A stretch of 61,810 bases of DNA, the filler included, from Globobulimina sp. (lineage: Eukaryota), in NCBI GenBank assembly GCA_003354225.1. It is 7 parts of 7 records of this genome, joined end to end, with 100 filler letters (N's around TTAATTAATTAA, not from the genome) between each part and the next. Parts side by side here need not be neighbours in the genome. Positions count along the whole stretch, not along the records: positions 17,719 to 26,474 come from PIVH01000063.1; positions 26,575 to 35,329 come from PIVH01000064.1; 5 more parts are not named here. One strand, given 5' to 3'. The notes beneath the pieces are model-generated. The model did no database searches. It saw only the letters and a list, made by a program, of their open reading frames with translations, and was not told where the DNA came from. This document shows positions 23,492 through 34,300 of the stretch, one piece after another. The position numbers and the translations under genes were made by a program. Every line of letters begins with the position of its first letter. The first letter of the stretch is position 1.

Positions 23492-24508
23492 ATGACTGAA
23501 TTTACTGTGAAAATACCGTCTCATTGCTTAGGTATCAAAATTGATTGCTTACAAATGCAGGGATGTGCAAATTTTGGTAGCAAATTGGTGGCAATTCAAG
23601 ATGTAAAACCTGGTTCAATTGGTGAGAAATTAGGTTTATTATGTGGTGATGTACTGATATCCATTAACGATCAATGTGTATTGTACATGGAATTAGCAAA
23701 GATTTTAAATTTATTTCACTCTCAAAAATTGCCATTTATAGCAACATTTGAACGATTGGATGGCGATGTATACGAATCCGATGAGACCAGTGTTAGCGAC
23801 ATTGATATTGATTTTTATCCGCCATCACAAGAATCAGTGTCAGATACAACATTTGAAAATGGCGCAATTAAGAAGAATCTGCAATTTTTACCTGTAATTC
23901 ATAAACATATCGATATTTATACCACAGATTTGGTGAACGGATTTATTCGGAGTTATATTCGCGAAACGTTTGAAAATGATGATGCTTCTGCACATATTTT
24001 GGTTGCCACATATTTACGACATAACAGTGTTACATTGGATGTGCAAAAAGATAGAAAATCTGAAAATATAAATAAAGTGACAAGAATTTGTACATCATCC
24101 ACTGGTTTTATTTATGGTGAACATGAATGGAATATAAAAGTATTAAAAACCGATGATCGCTTACAAGAAATTGGGGTGATATCAAATAATAATTTGGAGG
24201 AGATTGAGATTTTTGAAGGCGGAATTACAGAATCAAATGGTTTCGGTGCAAAAGCGATTTATGCCAATGAAGTTTTATTAGGAAGAAATTATTATGCTTC
24301 ATTTAATGAGGATGGTCATATTCGAATCAATAAAGAATTATTAAATACGTGTTATTGGAGATGTGGTGATATTATTAAAGTGCGTTTAAATATAAACAAT
24401 GGGACCATTACATTTTATTTAAATAATAAAAAAGTTCGCAAAGTTATCAGTTTACAAACTGGAAAGATTTATTATCCGTTTATTTCATTTTCAAACAACG
24501 CTCAATGA
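23492..24508 (+). CDS. PDZ plus B30.2/SPRY-like domain protein
   Basis: LGIKI...VKPGSIGEKLGLLCGDVLISINDQ (PDZ). HEWNIKV...IGV...GDIIKVRLNINNGTITFYLN...YYPFIS (SPRY-like). Confidence 0.8.
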   Translation: MTEFTVKIPSHCLGIKIDCLQMQGCANFGSKLVAIQDVKPGSIGEKLGLLCGDVLISINDQCVLYMELAKILNLFHSQKLPFIATFERLDGDVYESDETSVSDIDIDFYPPSQESVSDTTFENGAIKKNLQFLPVIHKHIDIYTTDLVNGFIRSYIRETFENDDASAHILVATYLRHNSVTLDVQKDRKSENINKVTRICTSSTGFIYGEHEWNIKVLKTDDRLQEIGVISNNNLEEIEIFEGGITESNGFGAKAIYANEVLLGRNYYASFNEDGHIRINKELLNTCYWRCGDIIKVRLNINNGTITFYLNNKKVRKVISLQTGKIYYPFISFSNNAQ

Positions 24509-24731
24509 CATTATTGTGAAATTATTGTTTTTTTTTATCGTATAACGTATTATGTTTTTTCCAATTTTCTTTTTATATTTCTTTTTACAAGTATTTTTTT
24601 TGTATTTTTAAGCAGTATATTTATTATTGATTTAATTTTATCTCAAATTTGTTTGTTCAAAAAAAAAAACCAAACTTAATTATGCTAAACAAAACCTGGT
24701 GACATTTTTGCTGTGTAATATTTGATAGAAC

Positions 24732-25274
24732 ATGCCTTCCATTGAGTTATCACCGAGCAGTCAGGCGGGATGTCGTGAGTGCAAAGAAAAGATTTTGAAA
24801 GGTAGCTATCGATTTGGTGTTTCTTGCTCAAAACATTACAGTGGTCGTTCGAGCAAGCAGTGGTATCATATTCATTGTTATCCAAAATCAACAAAAGTGA
24901 GAATTCCAACCTATTCAAGCGATTTGGAGGGATTTACAAAATTACCAAAAAAAGAAAAACGAAAGATTCGAAAAGCATTATGGCCAAATCAAGTAAGTGA
25001 TAAAAATAAACCAAGAATAAAACTTTTAAAAGAATTTAACAAAATGACAATTAAAGATTTAATGTTGGAATTGAAAAGACGTGATCTTAAAAGAAATGGT
25101 AATAAACAAAACTTAAAAGATACATTAGAACAATATTTGAACAGCAAAAAATGTAAAAAATTAAATAAATTGTTAGTATTTGGATATTGCAGGAAACGAG
25201 AAAATAAGTATAATTTAACCATTCCTGTGTACTTACAACAAATAGTAAATCATTATTTTCCATCTTGTGTTTAA
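24732..25274 (+). CDS. PARP-type zinc finger plus SAP domain protein
   Basis: IELSPSSQAGCREC..KI.KG..R.G...WYHIHC (zf-PARP). MTIKDLMLELKRRDLKRNGNKQNLKDTL (SAP). Confidence 0.85.
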   Translation: MPSIELSPSSQAGCRECKEKILKGSYRFGVSCSKHYSGRSSKQWYHIHCYPKSTKVRIPTYSSDLEGFTKLPKKEKRKIRKALWPNQVSDKNKPRIKLLKEFNKMTIKDLMLELKRRDLKRNGNKQNLKDTLEQYLNSKKCKKLNKLLVFGYCRKRENKYNLTIPVYLQQIVNHYFPSCV

Positions 25275-25494
25275 AGAAATGAATGACTGATTATATAATT
25301 TATATTATAGACTCATGTCCAGTACTTAACAGAAACTAACTATTTATATTGTTTTGTACCCATAAATTATTTTGATCTTAGCAAATGTACATAATTCATT
25401 GAATAAGAACATATTTACAAAACCCTAAAAACTGTCATTATATTTTTTTGGATATATAGTACAAGAATTCTTCAGTTATCCCAAAACACAACGC

Positions 25495-25727
25495 CACTGC
25501 AGTCACAACTATTGAGCTAATTTTCATTGTGGTGATATGACTGCAACTTTGGAGTTAATTCACCACAATAGTTAATCTGCAGTGACTGCACTTTTGTGAG
25601 GGGTAGGCTAACTTTTGCAGGAGAAATATTGTAGAAATGGAAGAGAAACACTGCATACCAACTATTGAGCTGAAGTTGAAGTCAGATCACCACAATGAGA
25701 ATTAGCTCAATTGTTGTGACTGCAGTG
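25495..25727. mobile_element. 233-bp MITE-like element with ~54-bp terminal inverted repeats (CACTG...CAGTG)
   Basis: Left cactgcagtcacaactattgagctaattttcattgtggtgatatgactgcaact matches the reverse complement of the right end with 4 mismatches. No clear TSD. Confidence 0.8.
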
Positions 25728-25969
25728 CATGCTATATTTATGATGAAAGCTGCGGCGACAATCAAAAAGAATACATCTCGATACAATAAACCACATTTAT
25801 AATTATCAATCATTTCATTTCATACACAAATCCATTTCATACATGCCAGAAATGTACATATATAATTCATTGAATAAGTTTTTCTTTGGATCTAACACAA
25901 TCCATTTCATATATACACAAGAAAACATACATATATTATTATAACATGGTGTAATAGTGATATTTCTCT

Positions 25970-26354
25970 TTATATCTTCTTATCAGACAGTAATACACCA
26001 AACATTGGTAGAAGCAAAATCATTGCACCAAAAATCCAACCAATACCATCTTGTTTTTGATCTGAAGGAGCTGTAAATGTAAATTGAGCGTCAGTACAAG
26101 GCAATACATAGCATTTATACTCAGATCCAATAGTTTTCAATGCCATCGGACATGCTTCTCTTTCACTGTAAATTAGTTGATGTCCACATCTGGCTTCAAC
26201 AGTTGCAGTATATTCATATAATTCTCCGTCACAACTGTGCCTACTGCCGCAATCATATGAACATTTCGATGCGATAACATCTATCAATAAACATTGTTCG
26301 ATTGTTGCACTTCTCTCATATTTTTTTGCTTTAATAACAACATTAACACCATGT
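25970..26354 (-). pseudogene. 3' part of a Cys-rich membrane protein whose 5' end is cut by unrelated sequence
   Basis: Frame is open upstream of the listed ORF (HGVNVVIKAKKYERSATIEQCLLIDV...C...C...TM) until an A-run at ~26356-26364. Confidence 0.4.
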
Positions 26355-26474
26355 ATTTTTTTTTAAAGGAGAGGGAAAACAAGGCTTTGTAACTTGTGTT
26401 AATTAAAGTCGGGGGGGTCGCATCTTTTTCGGCTTGTCTCCAGAAAGGATTTAACGGCCAACACTCTCCCCCCA

Positions 26475-26574
26475 NNNNNNNNNNNNNNNNNNNNNNNNNN
26501 NNNNNNNNNNNNNNNNNNTTAATTAATTAANNNNNNNNNNNNNNNNNNNNNNNNNNNNNNNNNNNNNNNNNNNN
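26475..26574. other. Artificial contig spacer
   Basis: N44-TTAATTAATTAA-N44. Confidence 0.98.
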
Positions 26575-26698
26575 AGGCAGAGAAGATCGTCATCAAATAG
26601 TAAGTAAAATTGAGAGTGATAAATTAGAAAATTTAGTAGAAAATTTAGTACTAGAAAGATTCAAATTAATTAAAATTAGAAAATATAAATACGCTAGA

Positions 26699-29600
26699 AT
26701 GCACACTGCTAGCGGTAGAAAAGGATACTCTTCTACTCGTATAAGGAAGGATAAACGTAGACCAAGATCTAAGTTAATCCAAAAATTCGAGAAAAGTGCC
26801 ATGGAAGAAGAAGAGAAAACTAGAAATTTTATGAAAGCTGGTTATCTAGATAATCAGTCGGAAAGTGCCGACTCGGATCTAGATACAGCTGACGATATAA
26901 CCGATGATAATATTATCATTAGAGACTTATTATATGATATTATAAATGAAATAGATGATAAAACAGTTATTAAATTAGATTTTGAAAATATGTATGACAA
27001 TACTAATATGAATGGTCGGTATATACATCATAATGATGGGGTGTTCCGACCTTTGGGATCGGAGACCTCAAAATTAATTGATGCACAAGGAGACCATACT
27101 ATTATACCTGCTAAACATACCCGTATTAGTATCGTAGAAGATAAAATTATATTAAATGATTACGATAATATGGTTGTCCGATATAGAGGATGGGGGACTA
27201 TATTATATGATGATCATGTTCATATGGATGAGGTTATTCGACCCTTAAGATCGGAAGACCATTGGCATTACGATAATTTCAAGATTATCGATAATAAATA
27301 CGTAATAAAAACTTGTACGTACCATATGGAAGGAAATTATGAATATGAGTATGGAGAAAATTGGTATAATGTAGAAAATTCTATATTCATAACTGATAAA
27401 ACTAAAAATATAAATTACAAAAATTTATACAATATTTTATTTGATGAATCAAAATCAGTTATAAGTATAGAAAATTATAATATGTATAAAACCCGGTATA
27501 CACAAACTCCGGACCGTACGAGAAACTCTCCGGAACATAGAATTAATATACGCAGTTTGAATAACAAACTATGTAATTATTCCATATTATGTGTGGAGAG
27601 TGAAACTAAAGATGATAATATAAGATTAAATATCATCTGGGATAAATTAGCTTGGATACAACTCCAAATTATGGAAACTTCTAAAACAGTAGAAGGAAAA
27701 CGCATCCATAAAGTTATAAATAATGTACTTCGAGACTTGAACGAAAACTTTACTAATTTAGATGATAATTCTATAGAAGATATACGACGATTTTATAACT
27801 ATGCCGAGCAAAGATTGACTAAATTAGATGAATTTTGTACAAAAGCATATACTAATAAATGTACCCCTATTTCAGGTATGGCAGAACAAAAGCCCATAGA
27901 CGATCAAACAACATCTTCAACTATAACTGAAACAGCAAGCGGGTCACTCGACTCCTCTGCTTTAGCAGGAGGTTTGTCTGGCCTTAGCACTGCTGAGAAA
28001 TCCTCCGATAAAACTTCAGAAAATATAGAAAATGTAGAAATGGTAGAAAATAAGGATGCTTGGAAAACCTCTGCATCTACTAGAGCCATTCCGGATGACC
28101 CGGATAAATATGAAGAATTTGTATCACAATACAAATACCCTGCAAAACTAGAAAAATTTATAAATAAATTATACAACGAAAAGGATTATGTATTTAGAGA
28201 TAGTGAAGAAATTGAACATACAATAGAAATCGGTACAGACCCTATACCTAGAAAGGCTATGTCCGATGCAGAAGTAGAATTATATACAATTAGAAATGAA
28301 TTTATATACAATATGGCATCAGGAATGGGATATGAAGATACTGAATGCCCAGAACATAGAGAATTAAACTTAGAAATTATTCGAAAACTTCGTTTTTATA
28401 TAAACGATACAGAAAGTAAGCCAGACATACCTGTTCTAGGGGTACATCTGGCCGAAATATTAAAATGTATAGAGAAGAAAAATTTGTACGATATTGCAAG
28501 AAGTATAGATGTCGGCGAATCATTACAGAAAATTATGAAAGAAATCACTATTATGATGTTATCTACAAATAAATGGATTTTCACAATTAACAAAAATGTG
28601 AGAATCCTTATTCAAAATGATAAATATCTTACAGAACAGGTTAGAAAATTAAATAAAATAGCAGTAAAAAATGAAGAAAAGAACAAAGAATTAGAACAAT
28701 ATAAAACGGCTAAAAATCAAGAAATTCAAAAGTTGAATAACGATATAACTGCTATGAAAAACGAAATGATAGAAATTAGAAAATTGTATACCACCGTCCC
28801 TCCTCCAGTTATACAACCAGATATAACGGTGGAAGTAATGCCGGAAGCAAGAGATAAAATGGACTTATTAATTGGAGGAACATATGATTGCCCTTTCAAT
28901 TTGGATAAAACCACAGACATTAAACTATTAACTAAAATAAATGAAGATGGTGAAGAAAGATTCGTAACATACCATTCTTTCAACCATTACTTATATATGC
29001 AAACGGCGATCACTTGTCTTGATTGGGACATGGTTCGCAGATTGTCAAAAATTAAAAATAAAATATGTTTCGAATTAATACTACAAAAATGTCCTATTGA
29101 ACGATACCAAGAAAATATAACAACGTTCACAGAATCATGGATTGCCAATTGTTATTATAACTTTATGGATTATGTAATAAAAAGAAATTTAACCTTGGCT
29201 ATGATTTGCGGTAAAATAGGACATGAAAAATATAATACTAAATTCCTTATAAAAGATGAATTATTAGGTATCGGATATAACATAAGCCAAGAAAATATAT
29301 ACTTATATAAATATGAAAACATTACAGCAAAAAATAATTTATTAGGAAAATCTATTATATATTTATGCAACAAATATATTGCAACATATGTAGAACTTGA
29401 TGCAGCAGATAAAAAATTAGCAGATCACGAGTTTGCTACAAATGCAGCAACTTGGATGATTACTAATAAAAATGAAGATAAAGCATTAATAAATGCACGT
29501 ATAAAATGTTTACAAAATATAAAATGGGAAAAGAAATATCCAATAAAAGGGAATATTCAGATAATTAGAAATGAAAGATTCTCCTTCGCTGACACTCAAT

Positions 29601-31390
29601 TCAGTCGAGGATTTAACCTAGGTGACGCACCTTGGAATTCCTTTCTATCTCGAGGAGAACTCAACGAAGCAAGAAAATTAGCTGCAGAACAATATGATAA
29701 AAAAACCCCTGAATATCAAGAAGAATTAAAGAAAACGATAAGAGAAATGTCAAGTAGAAAAATGGAAGAAACTAAAATCAGACTGGAAACTGCTTCAGCT
29801 GAAAATATATTCGAGAAATTTGCTAGTGAAGATCTGGATACGTCATCAGAAATTTTAGACAAAAATCCACATCCAGAATCAAATATAAAATTAGAACCTG
29901 AAGAAAAAAAGAAACAATCTGCCGGATCTGTCCAAGGTGATCCCGACCGGCAAACCCCTATATCATCTGAAGGAAGTATAAAAAATATAGAAAGTGCAGA
30001 TGATGATAGTTTCAAAAAACCCAATGAGTGGCAATTACAACGTGGTAGAAAACATAGAAGTCCTGGACGCGGGAGAGGATATGGTCGTGGATATGGCGGA
30101 AGAGGATACAACAGAGGACGTCAAAGTAGACCATATTCTTCAACCCATATATCTAGAGACCCTTCATCAGAGGGAGAATATAAACAACCATATATAGCTG
30201 GTAAACCAACAGAATTCTCGGCTGCTGGAATATTTGGTTTACCCAATATAGCAAAAAATATACCAAAAAGAAAATCGTCTCAATCTAGGGATAGAACGGG
30301 CTCCCAAGGAAGCCAAGATCCAAATATTAAACAACAACGTTTATCTATAAAGTCGGGCATAGAAATTATAGACGAAGCACATAAACGTCTACCTGATAAT
30401 AAATTACCGCCCATATCTCAAACTTATAACTTAGAAAATTTATTGGATGCAAATATATTTTTGGGACTCATTAATGACCCCTACGAGGGTAAAATCCATG
30501 CATATCCAGCAGGAAAAATTTTCCTGCAACCTATAGAAATGAAACCAAAGAGAATTCCATTAAATTTGTCGCCTCTAGCTGAAAGACACGGACAAATATT
30601 AGATCCTACATTAATTGATAGTACAAAATCATTCCGAGTTCCTAATAACTTGAATCTCTCCATTTTGGGAGACTCTACGACTTATGGATTGGAGGATTTT
30701 ATATTAGCCACAACTAAAGAATATGACGTTAAAAATTTTGTACATTATAACGGTATGAGATCATCCGGAAGTGCCTTTTTGAGCCTTCGTTTGAGATCTA
30801 TGATGACATTAATGCCAGCATTGGTTTCCAATGATGAGCATGTTATTGTTATAAAAGGAATCCTTGATTGTGCTGACATTGTCAATAATCAAGTTTACCA
30901 ATCTCAAGTTTTTGAGGATTGGAAACATTATTGCGGTCAACTAGTCAAAGATATTAGTAAATTATGCCATAATATACATAGTATAAATCCAAAAGCATTA
31001 ATGTTGATATCATTAACAGCTCCGATCTTGGGTCACTCTAATTATATGAGAAGTGAAGAAGATCCTGGATTTTTGATATTAATAAATGAAATAGAAAAAT
31101 ATTTAACTTTAGAAATTAATTTATTAGCAGAAAAATCTGCACTGCCGATTAGATACATTGCTCTAACAGCAGCTATAAATCATGAAGTACATAGATTAAA
31201 GAAAGAAGCTGAAAGACAGAGTAATTCACCAGTAGAAATTACCGATTCAGTAGAAAAATTTATAACTGGTATAAAATTAACTAGAAATGGCCAAAAAATA
31301 TTGGCTAATGAAATAATCAGAGAATCAATAGTTGGATGGATTAAATTCTCAAGTCCCGACTCAAATTTATTGCCTTCGGGAAACTTATAA
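26699..31390 (+). CDS. LINE ORF1: coiled coil, NADAR-like domain, RG-rich tract, SGNH-hydrolase-like domain
   Basis: Coiled coil ~28630-28790. GGTYDCPF...YHSFNHYLYMQTA...D...DELLGIG...NNLLGK at ~28867-29375. RGRGYGRGYGGRG at ~30070. ILGDS...G..DC...TGIKLTRNGQKILA at ~30658-31320. Confidence 0.8.
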   Translation: MHTASGRKGYSSTRIRKDKRRPRSKLIQKFEKSAMEEEEKTRNFMKAGYLDNQSESADSDLDTADDITDDNIIIRDLLYDIINEIDDKTVIKLDFENMYDNTNMNGRYIHHNDGVFRPLGSETSKLIDAQGDHTIIPAKHTRISIVEDKIILNDYDNMVVRYRGWGTILYDDHVHMDEVIRPLRSEDHWHYDNFKIIDNKYVIKTCTYHMEGNYEYEYGENWYNVENSIFITDKTKNINYKNLYNILFDESKSVISIENYNMYKTRYTQTPDRTRNSPEHRINIRSLNNKLCNYSILCVESETKDDNIRLNIIWDKLAWIQLQIMETSKTVEGKRIHKVINNVLRDLNENFTNLDDNSIEDIRRFYNYAEQRLTKLDEFCTKAYTNKCTPISGMAEQKPIDDQTTSSTITETASGSLDSSALAGGLSGLSTAEKSSDKTSENIENVEMVENKDAWKTSASTRAIPDDPDKYEEFVSQYKYPAKLEKFINKLYNEKDYVFRDSEEIEHTIEIGTDPIPRKAMSDAEVELYTIRNEFIYNMASGMGYEDTECPEHRELNLEIIRKLRFYINDTESKPDIPVLGVHLAEILKCIEKKNLYDIARSIDVGESLQKIMKEITIMMLSTNKWIFTINKNVRILIQNDKYLTEQVRKLNKIAVKNEEKNKELEQYKTAKNQEIQKLNNDITAMKNEMIEIRKLYTTVPPPVIQPDITVEVMPEARDKMDLLIGGTYDCPFNLDKTTDIKLLTKINEDGEERFVTYHSFNHYLYMQTAITCLDWDMVRRLSKIKNKICFELILQKCPIERYQENITTFTESWIANCYYNFMDYVIKRNLTLAMICGKIGHEKYNTKFLIKDELLGIGYNISQENIYLYKYENITAKNNLLGKSIIYLCNKYIATYVELDAADKKLADHEFATNAATWMITNKNEDKALINARIKCLQNIKWEKKYPIKGNIQIIRNERFSFADTQFSRGFNLGDAPWNSFLSRGELNEARKLAAEQYDKKTPEYQEELKKTIREMSSRKMEETKIRLETASAENIFEKFASEDLDTSSEILDKNPHPESNIKLEPEEKKKQSAGSVQGDPDRQTPISSEGSIKNIESADDDSFKKPNEWQLQRGRKHRSPGRGRGYGRGYGGRGYNRGRQSRPYSSTHISRDPSSEGEYKQPYIAGKPTEFSAAGIFGLPNIAKNIPKRKSSQSRDRTGSQGSQDPNIKQQRLSIKSGIEIIDEAHKRLPDNKLPPISQTYNLENLLDANIFLGLINDPYEGKIHAYPAGKIFLQPIEMKPKRIPLNLSPLAERHGQILDPTLIDSTKSFRVPNNLNLSILGDSTTYGLEDFILATTKEYDVKNFVHYNGMRSSGSAFLSLRLRSMMTLMPALVSNDEHVIVIKGILDCADIVNNQVYQSQVFEDWKHYCGQLVKDISKLCHNIHSINPKALMLISLTAPILGHSNYMRSEEDPGFLILINEIEKYLTLEINLLAEKSALPIRYIALTAAINHEVHRLKKEAERQSNSPVEITDSVEKFITGIKLTRNGQKILANEIIRESIVGWIKFSSPDSNLLPSGNL

Positions 31391-34300
31391 AGGTCAGTTC
31401 AATTTTTACCACAACTAATCCCATAATTAACACAAACTTTTCAGATTCAAATATTGATGTGTATAAAGATGTGTATAAAGACCAACCTATAAAAGATAAA
31501 GATGTAGAAAATAAAGATAAAGACAATGAAATAATATTAATTGATCAAACAATTGATATATTATATAACAATGTGTGTTCTATGAACACCAAATTTGAAT
31601 TAATAAATGATAACATAAAACTTATAAAACCAGATGTTATTTGTTGTGTTGAAACAAAATATAAAACTGTCTTAGACTTGCATAAATTTGATGAATATGA
31701 GAGTTTTCATAAAATGCAGATTGGCAAACCTACAGGCGGTATTAGCATTTGGGCTAAATCTGAAACTAGACCAAGCAGATTAGATATAGATGACATCGAT
31801 GATGAAATATCTATGAATTATTTATGGATATTATGTCAAAATAAAGCAATGACTGCTATATGTGCTGTATACCTTAGAAATCAAAGTGATCCAGACGCTA
31901 GAGAAACAAATACAACAATATGCCAAAGATTAATGCAACACATTAACTGGTGTAGATTACATAATTATAAAGTCTTTGTTATTGGAGACTTTAATGGACA
32001 CATCGGCAATGATGAATGGGGAATAAACGAAAACCATGACGATATAAATAATAATGGATTCATAATAAGAAATTTTATTAGAGACTCAGATTTAAAATTA
32101 TTGAATTCAGACTTAGAAACTGAAGGTAAATGGACATGGGGTTATAATAAAAATAATACAAAGCCCCAAATTCTCGATATAGCATTGAGAAGTCCAGATA
32201 TTACAAATATTAAAACGATTATTGACGAAAAAAATAATATATATGGTAATATTGGTAATAAAGATCATTGCTTTATACATAGTAAAATAAGTATTAAAGC
32301 TAAAAATAAAATATTACAAACTAAACTAATTAAAGATAAATGGAAAATAAACGATGAAACTAACTGGCAACAATATCAAGAAGAAATTAGAATTAAAATT
32401 ACTGAAATGGACAGTAATGATAAAATAACAGAAAATTCAATATTTAAAATAATAGAAGAAGCGGGAGTCAAAAGTATTGGATATAAAAATAAAAATATTA
32501 AGAAAAAGAAAGAATCAAAGAAGATTAGACAATTAAATTTAGAAATTAGTAATTATAGGAAAGAACTACGTAAAAATCCTGAATTTAAAGGAAATATATT
32601 AAATGAATTATTTAAGAAAATACGAGAAAGACGACAAATTAGACAGAGAGCTGAAATGGCTAGAATAGAAAATGCCCATAATAAATGGATTAATAATCCA
32701 AAAAGGAAATTTCATCAACTATATGATACTATGAAAAATCTAAAAAGAGGTATAAGTGAAAAGGTGACACTAATAGACGAGGATAATATACCAATAATTG
32801 GAGAAGAAAAGATAAATTCACACATAACAGATTTCTGGGAAAGTATTTTCACATTAGGAATATGGCCCGAATCGAATGATGAAATGAAGAGATTAGGAAT
32901 GAGTAATATTATAAATGGACCAGATAAATTAGACCTAGAAAATGAAATTTCAGTGAAAGAAATTAAAGATGCTATACATAAACTTAAAAATAATACATCA
33001 GCTGGAACTACTAATATCCCTCCAGAATTTATTAAAAATTGGCCTGAAGAAATGACACATTTATGTCATACACTTTTTAATAAATGGTTTGATTCCAGTT
33101 ATTTTCCAGAAATAGGGAAAACTCAGGAAGTAACATTATTACATAAAAAAGGATCAAAAAGTAAAATTAAAAATTATAGAACTTTATGCTTGGGATGTAA
33201 TTTATGTAAATTATATCTACTAATATTAACTGGAAGATTAGAAAAAATAACAGAAAAGAAAAATATATTAGGATATATACAACACGGATTTAGAGCAAAT
33301 AAAAGAATTGAAGACTGTATTTTAGTTATCCAACATACAGTACAGAGAGCTAATAAATTGAGAAGATCCGAATCCCCTATTGTAGCTCTACTAGATATTT
33401 GTAAAGCATATGATAGAGTGTGGAGGAAAGGTTTATGGAAAAAATTAAAAGATTATGGATTCCCAGATAAATTGATAAATGCGATAAAAAGTAGCTACCT
33501 GGATCCGGGTGCTACAATAACATTTCAAGATACTAAAACTAATAGACTAAAAATGCCAGTAGGATTAAGACAAGGATGTACGATGTCACCTATATTATGG
33601 GCATTATTCATAGCTGATTTAGGTAAAGAAATAGAAATGTGTCACCTTGGTATTGAAATAGGAACTACAGAAAATAAACAAAACATATCTGGATTATTTT
33701 TTGCTGATGACATGTTATTATTCGCAAAAAACGAAAATAACATGAAAAAATTATTAAACATTGTAGGAAATTACGCTAATAAATGGAAAATAGAATTTTC
33801 AGGCCCTAAAAGCCTAATTATACCATTAAAAAGACCGGTAGAGAAGGAACGAAACTGGTCTTTAGGACATAAATATATCTCGGAAGGAGAAAAGAAGGAA
33901 ATATACATACAGGAAGAAAAAGAAGCTAAATACTTAGGAATTACTCTATGCCAAAATAGCATGGATATAATGAGGAAACATAAATTAGATTTAGTAGAAA
34001 GAACTAGAAAAGAAACATACAGATGCTACAAACCCGCTACAGTAACATCTAGACCGATATTATATGGAACTAAAATATGGCAAACATATGTTATACCAAA
34101 AATATTACATGGTATAGCAGCAATTCCATTTTCAATAGAAACCTTTAGATGTATAGAAACTCAACAAAGAGAATATATAAGAACGATTGCCAGATTACCT
34201 AGAGGATGCAATAATATGGTACTATATGGAGAAACAGGTTTAATTCCCATGAAAATGGAAGCTGAAAAACGAACCATTAACTACCTTGCTCACATACAAA

